Shown here piece after piece: positions 60,401-64,000 of a stretch of DNA of 64,000 bases. The DNA is taken from positions 180,110,001-180,174,000 of the forward strand of contig CM075978.1 of NCBI GenBank assembly GCA_038087875.1, read 5' to 3'. Under the pieces are notes generated by a model that worked only from the letters and a program-made list of their open reading frames with translations, made no database searches and had not been told where the DNA came from. A program made the position numbers and the translations under genes. The DNA comes from Malacoraja senta (lineage: Eukaryota). Within the stretch, counting starts at the first letter, position 1. Each line of letters begins with the position of its first letter.

Positions 60401-62884
60401 ATGTCTGCGGAGGTTGCAGTTAGCTACATGGCTTTCCTGAGTACAGTTTGGCAAGGTACGCTTATTTTCCTGAATACAAAATCTTACTTTGGAAAATTTC
60501 ACCTTGATCAGGCACTACATACTTGATTGTAATCCCTGTCGAATTCGATTTATGCTGGATCTTAATTTTATTTCTGTATTTTATGTCTCTTGTGTTTTGT
60601 TTTTGCATTTAATCACCTTAAACAACTTCCTCTGACCTTTATTTTTTTTGGTAGCCGCCACAGTAACGTTTAGCAAAGTGGAACAATTCCCGATTGTTTT
60701 GCATGAAGCCGTAGGTGGAAATGTTTCCATTTTCTGCAAATATCACATATTGCAAGTTATTCCTGACGTCTACTGGTGGAGAGAGAGCGAGAATGCATTT
60801 ATAAAGCCAGACAGCAGAAAGCAATTTTATATAAACAAGGCCAGCGGTTCGTTTACTCTGCTGAATTTGAGTGTCGCAGACTCTGGGAAATATTATTGTC
60901 ATATCAAACAGCAGCAACAACCAATCGGAAATGGAAGTGGCACGCTGCTAGCTGTATTCGGTAAGTATCCTTACAGTGGAAGTCAATGTTATCATCCCCA
61001 TACCATGGAGATAAAACTCGGTGATCGCGAGAAAATGAAAATATTGGTACTCAATAAGAGTCATGTGACGCCGAATTCAATTTATACCTCGGAAATAAAT
61101 TGATACAGAGGGTGCGAGACTCAGGTAAACCAGTAGATACTGGGAATATTCAACAGGTCGGGTTGAATCCGTCGCGTGGAAAGTAGTTTGTCCTCCTTGT
61201 CTCTTCGTTTTTCTCATGGTCATTTTTACATCAAAGTTGACGTAGCCCTGTCGACTCACATTACACAATTCTGTGTTACTGTCTAGAATTATCGCGATAA
61301 TATTCGAATCTGCTTTAAATCCGAAGTGCTGATTTTGAAATGTTGTTAGAATTGCATTTGCATCTTTTTGGAAACGCGGCTTCAAATTGCGAATGGAATA
61401 TTTTCACAAATGTTCATACTGGGCAGATGTGTGTGGTAGTTTTCAAGCGAGAAACGAAAGTTGTTTTTATCCTGGAGCTAAAAAAAAGTACTGGAACAAC
61501 TTTTTCCAAAGAAAGGTCCCGACCCGAAATGTCACCCGTCCAATGCCTCCACAGATGCTGGCCAATTCGCTGAGTTATTCCATCATGGGGGAAGGACCAT
61601 GTTCAGTTCCCCCACTTCAGTGCGTGTGATGATTTATTTAGCGACGCTCAACTTCCAGTATGCCACTTCCCCACATTGAGAAATATTCCAGTTCTCCCTT
61701 CGCGTTCGGGAAACATTTATCCTGTTGAAATGTGTACCCTCGTAAACCTCCATTCCGCGCATTAAAATACAGTACTGTCCAAACACTCGCAAGGACCCAG
61801 CATTCATCCGCACCCTACCACTTGATTCTAGACAGCTGTGACAATTTCATTTTGTTCACGTGGCAATCTCTGAAATTAAAACATCTCGACAAACCACCTC
61901 GTTTTGAGGGAAACACAAATGTCTAATACCAATTGCGCCCGCGTTAAATCTTATACTCCTATTTAGAGCAGCGGCGCCTTTCTTATAGGTCACTAGTTCG
62001 TAGACTCGCATTCTTCGTGCTTTTAATTGACCTCGTCACTTTCCTGCCGACGGGAAAGCAGTTTATCACAATAGGACAACTTAAAACGGTTCAAACAATA
62101 GCGCGGTTAACTCGTCATAATAACATTGTGATACAATTCTCAAGTGAGACAAACGAGTAAACGTCCATTCCAAGGAAACAAAATACATAATATATTTGTC
62201 TCTTTGTTAAAGCTCCCCCAACTCCGTTGAAAATCATTCCGTTTAAAGGAACTTCATCGCAGTCTCGGAAACTTGTGTGTAAAACGGCGAGCTTTTATCC
62301 GGAAAAAATAGAAATCTCCTGGCGGAGAAATAACGAAGAAATTCTGACCGGAATAGAAACGGTAAAAAATAAAAGCACAGAGGGATTGTATGAGGTTTCC
62401 AGTTTTTTGGAAGAAATTAAACTTGCTTGGAGCGACGCCGTTTACACCTGTTTGGTATCTCATGTTTCCCTTGAGGTGCCAGCAGCTCTCAGCTACATCG
62501 TCAAAAAAGGTAAGATTGTCAGTACTTGCAGCCAAGAGCGGGTGTATATGCCCAACCTGGTTAGAATTTAAATATACAGCTGCTCAAACACGGGGACAAT
62601 GCCTAGATGCGACCCGTGTTTATTCGTAATGAGAGATCAATGTTTCAAAATCACAAATCAATCATGGAGCAAGAAGCTCAAAGGCTAATTGAGGTGTTCT
62701 GTGTTATCGCTAAATCCCTAAATGTGTATATATTTCTATATATTATATCGTTCACATTTTCCCTGTTTCTCTCTTGATCCATAAGACGCAGATAAAAACC
62801 TAATTATCGGATGCGCAGTTGGTGTCTTGGCAATTTTAGTTTTGGCCATTATCTTGATAAGACACCAATTAAAGGCACAAAATG
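60401..62884 (+). CDS. IgSF receptor gene 2 (paralog): leader, V(J-like), C1-set, TM; tail unresolved and may run past the window
   Basis: Exons 60401-60455 (MSAEVAVSYMAFLSTVWQ), 60655-60960 (V, IGNGSGTLLAVF), 62213-62509 (C1) and 62786-62884 (TM LIIGCAVGVLAILVLAIILI) splice in frame; leader and V exons are the same length as in gene 1 (55 and 306 nt). Confidence 0.9.
60655..60960 (+). CDS. Gene 2 Ig V-type exon with J-like G strand
   Basis: ttttggtag acceptor, G|GTAAGT donor; C, WWR, DSGKYYC, GNGSGTLLAV. Confidence 0.93.
61505..61585 (+). mobile_element. Penelope pLTR relic in gene 2 V-C1 intron
   Basis: aagaaaggtcccgacccgaaatgtcacc...cacagatgctg..cgctgagttattcca. Confidence 0.5.
62213..62509 (+). 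CDS. Gene 2 Ig C1-set exon
   Basis: LVCKTASFYPEKIEISW...YTCLVSHVSL; G|GTAAGA donor. Confidence 0.93.
62786..62884 (+). CDS. Gene 2 transmembrane exon
   Basis: Hydrophobic run followed by RHQLK; G|GTGAGA donor; an alternative in-frame acceptor gives a start at 62792. Confidence 0.8.
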
Positions 62885-64000
62885 GTGAGAATTATACACA
62901 TTTTACAGTATTCTCGGTCTTAATCATAATGGTGGTTAAAAAAACCAAGGGCAGTTAATGGTATTCGATTGCAAAACAATGAAATAATTGAGAATAAAGC
63001 TGACCATTAACAATGACAAAAAGAAATCTCAAGATATAAATCTTACATCTTCCCATGTCAATATTTCAATCGTCGTATCTTTTTGTTGTCTCCATCGGTT
63101 ATTGTTCATGATTTGCAACTTGTTACCATCATCGCAGTTCCAAATATTTACAGGAAACAATTATGCGCAGATCTTGATTGTGTTGGCGCAAAATAGGTTT
63201 TAGGTCACTACTACTCTGATAGCCATCCACAGTTTGATTTCCATTGTGATTTTGAGGTATAACATGACAGCTGAGGCCTATAACATTTCGTTGCATTCAA
63301 AGATACATTCCATTGTGTTTCACACCTTTAAGAGGATGAGAAGGTAATGTATAAAACACAACCTTATAACAATGGGTTATGCTTAAATCATCCATATGGT
63401 GCCCGCGGGCGTTCTTCATTTGGGCGACAATATCGATTGGCATCAAAGTACAACCTTCATGGGCAGCAACTCATACAAGCAAATCCGACAGGGTGAATAA
63501 CTTCGTATTTTTCAAACAAGAGTGTACTTTACTTTAGACTTTTAGACTTTAGACTTTAGAGTGTCTCAAAGAAGGATTACATGTCAGCAAATGGCATGTG
63601 TTAATTCCATAGAATCTTAGAATGTCGTAGGAGAGAAATAAACTATTCTATCCGCGTTACCTCTTTATTTTCATAATACCTACAATGACTATTTTAAAGT
63701 TCCCGGTGAATCTACTTTCAGCATCCATTAATGAGTGCATCAGGGTTGTAAACACGAGAGAACATGGCGCGTGGATATCAATGTGGGAACTTTTGCAGTT
63801 ATCCGTTGATTGAAGTGAATATATATTTAACGGCTCCACATTGTGATAATGAAAGTTAATTTCACGTACATCTCAGAAACATTTAATCTCATAACCTTAA
63901 AAGTGTAAATCGTCTGATAATTTGGGCATTTCATTAATTGCGCAGATTGCGAATCCACATTGCTAGAATTAACAACAGATTGCGTACTCACTTTAACATG

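Noticed and set aside
60965-60973. U12-type donor-like GTATCCTT 4 nt inside the gene 2 V-C1 intron
   Set aside because: It overlaps a perfect U2 donor (GTAAGT), and using it would frameshift the C1 exon.

Overview
Vertebrate genomic DNA, most likely a cartilaginous fish (skate or ray), inferred from HE1-type SINEs, CR1/Rex1 LINEs and Penelope pLTR relics. The first 23.3 kb holds a complete 13-exon OGFOD1 gene on the minus strand (545 aa when assembled by hand). Its intron 3 has a GC-AG donor and carries nested transposons with strong hairpins. Downstream on the plus strand are two intact, diverged paralogs (about 31.7-35.8/40 kb and 60.4-62.9+ kb) of an immunoglobulin-superfamily receptor with exon order leader, V with germline-joined J-like strand, C1, TM, cytoplasmic. 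This is a non-rearranging, antigen-receptor-chain-like architecture with an unusually short V domain. The 20 kb between the paralogs contains a decayed Helitron helicase, a near-intact CR1 LINE and many nested elements. There are two assembly gaps (2985-3145 and 45525-46519). All exon calls, counts and identities were made by eye and need alignment or RNA-seq confirmation.
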